This document shows, in pieces, positions 29,523 to 39,445 of a stretch of DNA of 64,000 bases (within the stretch, counting starts at the first letter, position 1; each line of letters opens with the position of its first letter). The notes beneath the pieces were generated by a model that worked only from the letters and a program-made list of their open reading frames with translations, had not been told where the DNA came from and did no database searches. The translations under genes were made by a program, and so were the position numbers. Source of the stretch: an uncultured delta proteobacterium (GTDB lineage Bacteria > Desulfobacterota > Binatia > UBA9968); NCBI GenBank assembly GCA_963804165.1, contig CAWDPO010000015.1, forward strand, positions 136,377 through 200,376, given 5' to 3'.

Positions 29523-29565
29523 GATTCCTCCTCAATAATGTATATCGACTCGATGCCGCAACCGC

Positions 29566-31011
29566 CTATGCCCAATAGGTCGTCCGGTCCATCGGAATAT
29601 GTTGCAACACTTCGCCCGGCACGTACTCTTCCAGTTTAATGCGCGCCATCGCTTCATCCGGGCACTTGGACACCGGCGAGAACGGCCGATCCAACGGCTT
29701 GGTCGCGTCGACTATCATGCCCGATGTTTTGATCTCGTCGACCAAAGACGGATCCAAAAAGTTGCCGCGGAAAAGCGGCTGCAGGATCGACACCTGGCGG
29801 TGCGGCTGGACCCGCGTCGCAAATGCCCAAAGAATATCGGTCGGATTGAACACATCGATATCGTCGTCGAACACGAAGACATTTTTTGTATGATCGAAGG
29901 TCAGCGCAGCAGCGGCGGCGCGCCCGGGATCGCCTTCGGACATTTTTTTCATAGAGATAAAAACATTGTAGTGCGCGTGGCGTCCTTGCTTACAAACTGC
30001 CGTCACACCCGGCACTGCCTCGCGGCAGCGGCGCAGATAGGCGCCTTCGCGCGGCAGATCCATCCACGGCTTGTCGCCTTCCGGCGTAATGACCGATTGA
30101 TACATCGCGCCATTGCGATAATTAATGGCCTTCACTTCGTAATGAACGCAAGTCGTGTACCGTTGCGGTCCGAGATATCCGGGCGCTTCGCCGAACGGTC
30201 CTTCGACAACCCGGCCGCCCGGTTTCAGCACTCCCTCGATTACAAGTTCAGCGTCGGCCGGGATCAGCAGGTCATCGCCAAAAGTTTCCGACGCCACCAG
30301 CCGCAACGGTTCACCGAGATAGCCGCCGATAACATCGTATTCACTGACTTCGAACGGCCCGCTGTAACAGGCGCCCATGTGAAACGCCGGATGGTGGCCC
30401 AGTACGGTGGCGACCGGCATCTCCATGTTGTTCTCTTCGTAATCTTTGAAGATCTTCCACAGGTGACGCGGTGAAGCGTAAAGAGCCGTCGAATTTTTCG
30501 ATTTGACCTCCATACGATGATACGACAGATTGTAGATCCCCGATTTGCGGTCTTTCGTAATCGTCGACAAGACGATATACGGTCCGCCGTCCATCTCGTG
30601 ATGGCGCATGATCGGGATCTGGTAAAGGTCGACGTCTTTGCCGACCATGGTATTTTCTTTTATCGGCGCGTCTTTCTTGCCGACGATCGTCGGCGGCACG
30701 CGATGCTCTTCCATTTCTAGACATTTTTCCGCCATTTGTGGCCGCGTCGCGGTACGCGGCATGCCCAAGGCGATCTGGGTTTTCCCCTGGGAGATTTCGC
30801 AGTTCATGGTCAGCTTGATAGGGCCGACTTTGCCGTTTAAGTTAAGCGGATTGTCAAAAATAATGACAGGAAACTTCTTTTGCGCCCCGAGATGTTTAAT
30901 GATCGCGGTCACATCGTAATTCGCCGGGTTGACTTGTTTGGTGATGTGAATCACTTCGCCCGGCAGCTCGCGCTGGCAGTCTGCAATGAAAGTTCTGAGA
31001 TCCTTAGCCAT
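29566..31011 (-). CDS. UbiD-family prenylated-FMN-dependent (de)carboxylase
   Basis: HEMDGGPYI, YHRME, EGPFGE, VFDDDID, WAFATR, VDATKP. Confidence 0.93.
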   Translation of the reverse strand: MAKDLRTFIADCQRELPGEVIHITKQVNPANYDVTAIIKHLGAQKKFPVIIFDNPLNLNGKVGPIKLTMNCEISQGKTQIALGMPRTATRPQMAEKCLEMEEHRVPPTIVGKKDAPIKENTMVGKDVDLYQIPIMRHHEMDGGPYIVLSTITKDRKSGIYNLSYHRMEVKSKNSTALYASPRHLWKIFKDYEENNMEMPVATVLGHHPAFHMGACYSGPFEVSEYDVIGGYLGEPLRLVASETFGDDLLIPADAELVIEGVLKPGGRVVEGPFGEAPGYLGPQRYTTCVHYEVKAINYRNGAMYQSVITPEGDKPWMDLPREGAYLRRCREAVPGVTAVCKQGRHAHYNVFISMKKMSEGDPGRAAAAALTFDHTKNVFVFDDDIDVFNPTDILWAFATRVQPHRQVSILQPLFRGNFLDPSLVDEIKTSGMIVDATKPLDRPFSPVSKCPDEAMARIKLEEYVPGEVLQHIPMDRTTYWA

Positions 31012-31112
31012 GTCGGCCTCCTACTAATGTTATGAAAAAGTTTATGCAAAAAGATTTATCCAATGCTCCCAAGATTGTCAATCGAACTTCCGTGCGCGGT
31101 GAGTTCTTTTGG

Positions 31113-31643
31113 CTATTGGCAGCCGTTGCGCAGAAGATATTGCGGGTTGGCGGGATTCCAAATCATGCCCGGATCGCTTGAGTTCGATTTCAGTTCCTGT
31201 TTGAGATTGCTCACGATTTGCCAACTGAGATCGTCCCACTGGTTATCGCGTGGAGGAAATCTCGTGAGGGCCTGTTGGCCCAGCAGGAACAGGAGGAAGC
31301 GAGCCCCGTTCACCGCCTGAGCCCGCGCCATGGAGCCGTCGGGTTTCCGCTCCAACGCGACGATCATGTGCACCAGCGCGTGAGTGTCCTGCGGCGAGAC
31401 CGACAGCGAGCAATAAACCTGTTTGACCGTCTCGAACGTCACCCGAAAGCTCGGCGAGATGATCGCGTGCCCTGTCCAGGTCCACTGCATTTCGCGCGCA
31501 AGCGCTTTGCAAATCTCCTGCTCGCGCGGCGCCGTCCAACGATCACAAGACAGATTCCGAGTGTACAGCGAATCTGCCGCCACAGCTGATGAATTTGCCA
31601 GCGCGAAAAACAAGCAGAAAAGCGCCAAAGCGAGTTTCTTCAT
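31113..31643 (-). CDS. Hypothetical secreted protein
   Basis: Signal peptide; ATGA overlap with the purU stop; four Cys in the mature part. Confidence 0.65.
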   Translation of the reverse strand: MKKLALALFCLFFALANSSAVAADSLYTRNLSCDRWTAPREQEICKALAREMQWTWTGHAIISPSFRVTFETVKQVYCSLSVSPQDTHALVHMIVALERKPDGSMARAQAVNGARFLLFLLGQQALTRFPPRDNQWDDLSWQIVSNLKQELKSNSSDPGMIWNPANPQYLLRNGCQ

Positions 31644-32494
31644 TCGGGATGCGTTCCATACTCGAAAATAATCGTCCGGTTGCCGTGCAAAAATACGCGC
31701 TCCTCGAACATCAACTTCACCGCCCGTGCCAGAACGATTTTCTCGACATCCCGCCCCGCCTGCACCATAGCCGCCGCGGTGTGCGCGTGATTCACGGGAA
31801 TCACACTTTGGGCAATGATTGGGCCGGTATCGAGATCGTCGGTCACGATATGGGCTGTCGCGCCGATAATCTACACACCTCGTTCGTACGCCTGATGATA
31901 CGGCTTGGCGCCGATAAAGGCTGGCAAGAAGGAGTGATGAATATTGATCATCTGGTTTGGATACCGCGCGACAAATTTCGGCGACAGGATGCGCATGTAC
32001 TTCGCGAGCACGATATATTCTGGCGCATACCCGGCCAACACATCGGCGACCCGGTCTTCGTGCACTGTCCGTTCGAGATTCTGATGGCTGATGTACTGAA
32101 ACGGGATGCCGAATTGCTCCACCAGTGATTTTAATTTTTCATGATTGCTGACCACCGCGCGAATCTCGCCCGGGAGCTCGCCCGAATAGTGGCGGATCAA
32201 CAAATCACCGAGGCAATGCGCTTCCGTCGTCGTCATAATGACCACCGGTTGGTGCTCTCCGGCGGTTAATTTCACGACAGCATTTTTCGGAAGAATCTGT
32301 TCGAGGTAAGAAACCACCCGATCCGGCGACGTCGGACCCTCGAACGCCGTGCGCATAAAGAAATGCTTTGCTTCCGAGTCGACAAACTCTTGATTGCTCA
32401 GAATATTATAGCCGGCGTTATAGAGCACCCCGGTGATCTTGTGCACTAAACCGGGTTCATCGGGACAGTCGATGCGAAGAACATGTGGGGGCAC
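31640..32494 (-). pseudogene. purU: Formyltetrahydrofolate deformylase with an in-frame TAG at 31871-31873
   Basis: ACT domain, [32 protein letters not shown]...DLDTGPII; the same frame continues after the TAG. Confidence 0.88.
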
Positions 32495-32586
32495 AATCGG
32501 AGCTCCATTTCGTCAAAAAATCACCGTAAGTATGGCATGCTCCGGTAGGGAGATAAACGGTCGCGCGGACCATCACACGACGGTGG

Positions 32587-33039
32587 TCACTCTCCTGAAC
32601 TTATCTCAAAGACAGGATAGCGCCCAACCAAAGACTCAAACTCTTTTAACGCCGATCCTGCGGAAATGGGAAAGTATCGCTGCACCGTGAGCCTGTACCG
32701 ATCAAGGTACGCTTTTAGAATTTCCGGCTTTGCGTCTGCAGCGATCGCGTGCAGATGAATGTCTTCTCTTTTGCCCCTCTTGACTAGAGTTGCCTTTTGA
32801 CTGACTGCGACATTTCTGACCCACTGAGTATCTCCACGCGGCGCAACGAGATACCTCTTGTTTTTATGAGTGAGCACATTGACTGGAGTCGAGTAGATGC
32901 GTCCACTCTTCCGACCTTGAACCTCCAGCAGAAAGTTATGCGCCAGCCCAATGCCGATCTTGACCAGAAAGCCGAATATGTGGTTGATGATTCGGTCAAC
33001 CAGACTCGGCTGCATGAACTCTATTCGCGATTGTGCCAT
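32587..33039 (-). CDS. Deazaflavin (F420)-dependent nitroreductase family protein
   Basis: LLEVQGRKSGRIYSTPV, WVRN, YPVFEI. Confidence 0.82.
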   Translation of the reverse strand: MAQSRIEFMQPSLVDRIINHIFGFLVKIGIGLAHNFLLEVQGRKSGRIYSTPVNVLTHKNKRYLVAPRGDTQWVRNVAVSQKATLVKRGKREDIHLHAIAADAKPEILKAYLDRYRLTVQRYFPISAGSALKEFESLVGRYPVFEISSGE

Positions 33040-33149
33040 ATCGATCGCAGCACGCACGCACCGACAATGGAGAATCTACTTGGTGGACATTGCCCAAAAT
33101 CGTCGCTGTATCCCTACCTAATTCGCCACGATCATTTTGCGGGGGACAT

Positions 33150-33536
33150 TTAGGAGTCCGGGTAATGCGAGACTTCGATCAAATTCATGTCAGGGTCACG
33201 GAAATACACCGACATCATCAATCCTCTCGCCCCATTTCTTTCCACCGGCCCGCCGACCAACTTCACACCACAAGAATTCAGGTGCTCAACAACATTGCCA
33301 AGAGGCAGGGAAGTCACAAAGCAGATGTCGCCAGAACCAGATGTGGGCTTGTCGGCGATCAGAGTGCTCTCGCGTCCCACTCGTTGCAGGTTAATCTTCT
33401 GTGTACCAAAGGTCAGAGCTTTCCTGCCTTCGCCAAAGACGTCGATCTCCATGCCCAGCACCTTCGAGTAGAACTCGCAGGTTGCTTCAATGTCTTTGAC
33501 CGTCAAAACTACGTGATCGATGCCGTCGATTTTCAT
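33150..33536 (-). CDS. VOC/glyoxalase family protein
   Basis: IDHVVLTV, QKINL, GSGDICF, SVYFRDPDMNLIE. Confidence 0.92.
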   Translation of the reverse strand: MKIDGIDHVVLTVKDIEATCEFYSKVLGMEIDVFGEGRKALTFGTQKINLQRVGRESTLIADKPTSGSGDICFVTSLPLGNVVEHLNSCGVKLVGGPVERNGARGLMMSVYFRDPDMNLIEVSHYPDS

Positions 33537-33572
33537 TGCTTCTCCGCGACAGGCGCCTCTACAAGTTTTTCG

Positions 33573-34688
33573 TTAGTGCTTTGCAGTGCTGTTCCCATCT
33601 AACCCAAACATTTTCATCGCATTGCCGCCAAGAATTTTTTCTTTGTCGACCTCTGACAAATTCTTCATCTGCTTGATCACATCGACCGTTCTCGGCCACG
33701 TGGCGACGGCGTCGCCATGATCGAAGTCGCTGCCGATGATAATGTTGTGATTCGGCCAACCGTTGACGGTGTCCGCGAGATACGACTCCCACGAGACGCA
33801 GGCGATATAGAATTGATCGAAGTACTGGCTCGGCATTTTTTTGATGCCTTTTTTGCCTTCGAAGAACTGCTGCACGGCGACGGAGATAGTTGCCTCGTTC
33901 GGCATATGGGCGTCGAGCGTGTGCATGATCCACGGCACCCAGCCGACGCCGCCTTCGAAGAAACCGAACTTCAATGTGGGAAAGCGGTCCAGCGTGCCGC
34001 TGAAGATCAACCGCGCCGCGCTGACCATGTAGGTCAGCGGAAAACCGAGCGCGGTCGGAAAATGCTGAAAGCCCTGGAAACGCTCGGCACCAACCAGCCA
34101 CGGATGACTGTGTTGCAATTCGAATACGCGCGCCGCGGGATGAAGCAGAATGGGAATATCGAGATCGGCGATTTCTTCATAAAGTGGAAATAGAACTTCA
34201 TTGTCCAAGTCGCCATCGCCCCAGCCGCCGTTGAACTTGACCGCTTTGAGACCGAGTTCTTTGACCGCGCGCCGCAATTCCTTGATCGACTCGTTGATAT
34301 CCGGCAGATAGATCCACGCCACACCGATGAAACGATCGTCCCCTTGGATATCTTCCGCGACAGTATCGTTGTATGCACGCGCCAATTGCCGGCCGAGCTC
34401 GGCGTCGACTTCATAAATCAGCTGCCGATTATCAGGAATCAGTACCTGCACGTCGAAGCCGTCTTTTTTCATAAATTCGGCCCGCAACGAGAGACTCCAG
34501 CGTCCTTCTTTGAAAGAGTGAATCTTTTTACCGTCGCGATAATAGGTCGCAACCTTACCCGGCACAACTTCGCCGTAACGAACCATGTCGCCTTTGTCTT
34601 CGACCACTTCCAGATGGCCGCGCCCCGGGTGTTTGACCTTGTCAATGAAACGCAGCGGCCAGTAATGTGTATCGCCATCGATGTACAT
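33573..34688 (-). CDS. Amidohydrolase_2 family protein
   Basis: IDGDTH, ARAYND, LLHP, FFEGGVGW, GSDFDH, GGNA. Confidence 0.9.
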   Translation of the reverse strand: MYIDGDTHYWPLRFIDKVKHPGRGHLEVVEDKGDMVRYGEVVPGKVATYYRDGKKIHSFKEGRWSLSLRAEFMKKDGFDVQVLIPDNRQLIYEVDAELGRQLARAYNDTVAEDIQGDDRFIGVAWIYLPDINESIKELRRAVKELGLKAVKFNGGWGDGDLDNEVLFPLYEEIADLDIPILLHPAARVFELQHSHPWLVGAERFQGFQHFPTALGFPLTYMVSAARLIFSGTLDRFPTLKFGFFEGGVGWVPWIMHTLDAHMPNEATISVAVQQFFEGKKGIKKMPSQYFDQFYIACVSWESYLADTVNGWPNHNIIIGSDFDHGDAVATWPRTVDVIKQMKNLSEVDKEKILGGNAMKMFGLDGNSTAKH

Positions 34689-34775
34689 GTGTACTTCTCC
34701 TAACTGTTTCAGCGTCTAGAATCTTGCGTTCTCGGCGTTGACGTGAGACACAGACTCTAAACTCCAGACGCGTAT

Positions 34776-35790
34776 CTATTTTACCCCGTATCTCGCATAC
34801 ATCTCGTCGATGAAGCCGCTCTGATCGAGTTTTTTCATGAAACGGTCGTCTACCAGTTCTTCGACTTTGACCTTTTCCACCGCCGGATTGCGCAGCTTCA
34901 TCAGCCGCTGTACGTTTCTTAGTCCATCTAAGCTCGCGTGTGGTTTGCGATCCAACCCCGTGATCACATCCTTGTATCCTTCCTCCGCCTCCTGGTCGTT
35001 GATTCTCAAGTATTTCTTGAGGATGGTCATCGCCCTGCCCTTATTGGTGGCCCGAAGATAAATGCCTCGCTTTCCAAAAGTGCCCTCAGCAGATTCTCGA
35101 TGATTTGCGGATTGCTCTGAATAAAGCTTCCCTCGGCAACGATCCCAACACTTGAAATTGGGATGTTGGACTTGCTCAGTTCGGCGAGGATCGGATAGCC
35201 GTTTTCACGTAACGTGCGGCTCATGACTCCGTCGAGCACCGTCGCATCGATGGTTCCGGTCACCAGAGCCTGCGCCAGTACCGATTGATCGCCCGCCGCA
35301 ATCAGGCTGATCTTATCTCTGTTCGGATCGAGACCGAAATGTTCCAAAGCGAGAATGGCGCCCATCCAAACCGTGCCGCCGATGCTCTGGACGCCGAAAA
35401 TCTTGCCGCGCAGGTCTTCAGGGGTCTTGATATGCTTTCGCGCCACGACGTCATAGGTCACGCGATTGGTGAAGGCCGCGAGAATTTTTAGATCCGATCC
35501 GCTCGCCGCCGCTCCCAACACCGCTGTGCCACCGGTGTAGCCGATCTGGATATCGCCGGACGTCAAGGCAGCGACAAGTGTCGGTGCCTGTCGTATGAAA
35601 ATCATGTCGGCGGGGACGCCGTACTTGTTGAAGAACCCTTGTTCTTTAGCCGTCCAAAGGGGAAGGACTCTGGCGTTAACCGCGGCATGGGCGATGATAC
35701 TCTTAGCCGGCGCCGACGCCGCGTCGAGAGATTTGATTGGCAGCAGATAAATCAGGAGCGCCGAAACCAGACAACCCGGTATCTCCCCAT
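34776..35790 (-). pseudogene. NMT1-like solute-binding protein with two frameshifts (about 35760 and 35050)
   Basis: GGAGG RBS and ATG at 35790; the fragments EQGFFNKYG, DLRGK and VDDRFMKKLDQSGFI lie in different frames. Confidence 0.8.
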
Positions 35791-35848
35791 CGCTTCCTCC
35801 TCTCTCGCGTGGCGAACAGAGTAACGTCGATATCTGGATCCGCGATTC

Positions 35849-36941
35849 CTAAAGCCCCAAGCCTAAGAGATTGATCGCGTTCTCGCCCAGCACTTTTCGC
35901 TTGTTCTCCGGGGAAATCTTGGTGCTTTTGGCCACCGGGCCCGTCACTTGTCCGGGTTTGGAAGAATCCCAATGCGGCGAGTCGGTCGCCAGCACCAGTC
36001 GATCACCGCCCAAATATTCCACCGCCCATTCGAATAGGCCGTCTTCGAACGGCTCACAGCCGACAAACACGCTCTGGTTAAAAATATCCGACGGCTTGCG
36101 CTTCTGCCAGGGCACCAGATGCGGCAGTTTTTCCCAATGCTCGTCCATGCGCGATAGCCACCAAGGCATCTGCGAGGCGCCGGTTTCGAGGCAAATGATT
36201 TTCAGATCCGGGTGTTTTTCCATGACGCCGCCGCAAAGGTAAACCATCAAGCAGACCATGCTCTCGATGGTGCGCCCGACCATGTGCGAGAAGAAAAAGT
36301 TCTCGGCGAAGCGTTCCTGGCCCATCGAACCCGTTTTGGTATCGTGAAAAATAATCGGCGTATTGGTTTTTTCCAGTTCGTCAAAGATCGGGTCGAAGTA
36401 CGGGTCCCACCACTCCTTGCCCGGAATCGGCGTCGCCTTGACGTTGAGCGCCTTGCTGCCCAATTCGCGCGATCGATGCAGTTCCTTGATCGCTTCTTTA
36501 GGGTCTTGCAGGGGAATGACACCGGCCCACATGAGCCGTCCCTGCTGCTGCGAGGCGTACCAGTTCATGTAATTGTTTTGCGCCCGCGCATATGCCGCAC
36601 CGAGCTCCGCATCGTCCACAAACCAGAGAATGTCGAGCGCCGGCGAGTTGGGCGAGAGCACCGCCACGTCGATGCCGTCCAAGTTCATATTTCTTACGCG
36701 CCCCTCGCGGCGTGAGGTCCGCCTCGGTGACCCATTCTTTCTTGTCCGCCTTTTGCCGTCCGAGCTCCGAGCCGATCATGATCCGGTTGCCGATCAGCGT
36801 TTTGCGCCGCTCGTTGTCTTTGGTCGGCAACTTGCGCGGCAAAAACTCTTTATATTGCGCTTCGACCGTTTGATGCCAACTTTCCAGATCGCCCACCAAG
36901 TGACTGTCGAGATCGATCACCTTCATTCCATCGATTGCCAT
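35849..36941 (-). pseudogene. Amidohydrolase_2 family protein with one frameshift (about 36705)
   Basis: N-terminal IDLDSH in ORF 36498-36941; the remainder (ATDSPH, GENA) is in ORF 35849-36688. Confidence 0.85.
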
Positions 36942-36958
36942 AACGCCGTCCTTTCTAG

Positions 36959-37973
36959 TTAACGCAACGCGGTCTTGCCGCCCAATGCCTGGTCAAGAAA
37001 CCCGCTTTTTTCCATTTCACGGAGCAAACTCTCGTCAATCAATCGTTCCAAATTGATGTCACCGATCTTTGGATTGCGAAGTTTCATAAAGCGCTGAATA
37101 TTTTTTAACCCGTCGACCGCAACGAACCCCCGCCGATCACTACGCCGCAGGTATTCTTCATAGCCATCGTTCGCCGCGACCGGATCAGTGACGACCGAGC
37201 TTCTTCGTCATGATTTCAACTACGGTCGGCTTGTTCGCGGGGTTGAGGACAAAACCATGGCCTTCGATCAGCGCTCGCAAGGCGTTGCGGACGATCAAAG
37301 CGTGGTGGGAAAGATAGTCGGTCTTTACCACGACGCTGGTGCCGACCAGAGGAATCTTTTCCAGATCACCGAGAAAATTGTAGCCCGCGCGCTTTAGCCG
37401 CCGACTGAAAACACCCGCGAGCGACCCACCCTGAATCGTATTCGCCTCCAGCGCCTGGCTGATGACGCGCTGGTCGCCAAAGGCCGCGAGGGAAATTTTG
37501 TCGCGCTCGGGGTTCAAGCCGACCTGCTCCAGTCCCAACATCGTCGACATCCAGCCGGTGCCGCCGATGCTGGTGACGCCGATCCGTTTACCTTTGGCAT
37601 CGGCCGGGCTTTTGACATCCGGCCTTACCACAAGATCACTTTGAATATAGTTGGCGAAAGCGGCGATGATTTTTACATCGAGTCCGCCGACTGCGGCGCC
37701 CAGCGTGGCCGTGCCGCCGGTGTAACCGAGGTGCACGTCGCCGGTGTTGAGCGAGGCAATCAAGGTCGGCGAGCCGGGAATAAAAATGGACTGTACGTCG
37801 AGGCCGTTCTTGGCGAAAAATCCCTTCTCCTGGGCTACCCAAAGGGTCGTAACGACGGAGCTCATCGACGCATAGCCGACGACGATTTTCGTGCGCGTTT
37901 GAGCATCGGCGGTATTAGAAAAGACAAAAAGAAACAGCAGGATCGTGGAAAGTCGAAAACGCTTTTGCAGCAT
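36959..37973 (-). pseudogene. NMT1-like solute-binding protein with one frameshift (about 37195)
   Basis: Signal peptide, EKGFFAKNGL; the C-terminus VTDPVAANDGYEEY...MEKSGFLDQALGGKTALR continues in another frame. Confidence 0.82.
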
Positions 37974-38219
37974 TGCGGGAATTACCTCTTGCTGTAAACC
38001 TGTTGTGGGGATAACAAAGCCGTTGCCGGGTGTCAATCAAACGCGCCGCTGGCCGATGATAGTTCGATCCGGTTCTCCATCGTGCTTGACCGATTTGATT
38101 GACAATGTTTTCGTCAAAGTCTACTTCATCACTATTCGCCAAGAGATTTTTGCGGCGAAGAGGATTATTTAATACGTTATTGTTTGTTGGCGATGACCCC
38201 CACGACTGGGCGACCGGAA

Positions 38220-39246
38220 ATGAAACTGATTGTTTTCCTGATATTACTTTCGTTACTACCGGACACCGTCCGCGCCCAGGAAACTTTCTACAGCGGCAAA
38301 ACTTTGCGGGTCATCGTCGGCAGCAGCGCTGGCAACACTCAGGATCAGATGACCCGCCTAGTCACGCGATATCTGCCGAAATATCTACCTGGTCATCCCA
38401 ACGTCATCGTCGAAAACATGAGCGGCGCCAGTTCGTTGATCGCCGCGAATTACCTTTTCAAAGTCGCCAAAGGCGACGGATTGACTCTCGGCACGGTGTC
38501 CCGCGCGCTCTATTTTGACCAACTTGTTGGCCGGAAGGAGGTTCAATTCGACTGGGCGAAATTCACCTGGATCGGCACCCCGGTCGAAGGTCACGAGTTG
38601 CTTTTCATCGCCGGCAGCGCGCCTTACAAGAGCATCCGCGACTTGGTTGGCGCCGCCCAATCGCTCAAGTGCGGCGCATCTGGAACGACATCGACCGGTT
38701 ATTATATTCCCAAGCTCGTCAACGAAATTTTTGGCACGAAATTTCAAATTGTCACCGGCTACGGCGGCGGCGCTGAGCTCGATCTCGCCGTGCAGCGCGG
38801 CGAGACCCAGTGCCGCGCGACGAGCGTCTCGGGCTTTACCGGGTTCGGCGCTTTCCGTGATTGGCGCCAGTCCGGCTCAGCGCGGGTATTGATGCAAACC
38901 GGTCGCAAGCGAGACGTCAAATTGACCGATGTCCCCACCGTGTATGAGCTCATGGACGATTCTAAAACGCCTGAGTGGGGCCGGCGCCTCGCGGCGGTGA
39001 TGCTGTACCCCGGCGAATTTGGCTGGCCCATGGTCGCTCCGCCCGGAGTATCGTCAGACAAGGTCAAGTTACTGCGTGCGGCGTTTAAAAATGCGCTCAG
39101 CCGACTCCGAGTTAGTTTCCGAGGCCAAGAAACGACAGTTAGAGCTGACACCGTCAGGGGGTGAAGAGCTTGAAAATCTCGCGAAGGAAGTGATAGCCCA
39201 ACCTCGGGATGTCGTCGACCGCATGAAGGCAGTGCTTGGCAACTAA
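38220..39246 (+). pseudogene. Bug/TctC-family solute-binding protein with one frameshift (about 39100)
   Basis: FYSGKTLRVIVG, VENMSGA, DGLTLG, APPGV; the tail is in ORF 39019-39246. Confidence 0.82.
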
Positions 39247-39354
39247 TCAAGAAAGTAAGAGCAAATAGTGAATCGCTTGTACGCGGAGACCGTGTTCCAA
39301 CCGTGTCGTTCAAAGCAGCGCGGACCATCTCGCAGTTCTGGCAGGTGAAAAGTC

Positions 39355-39408
39355 GAGATCCCTCGGCGGAGTCTATCCTGAGCATCGTCGAAGGACCTCA
39401 GAATGACA
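39355..39408. repeat. Composite REP-like element
   Basis: GAGATCCCTCG...CTCAGAATGACA with an embedded ATCCTGAGCATCGTCGAAGGA, related to the elements at 51756 and 54924. Confidence 0.6.
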
Positions 39409-39445
39409 TCACGGCACGACCTCTCACCCACAAGGAGGACCCACC

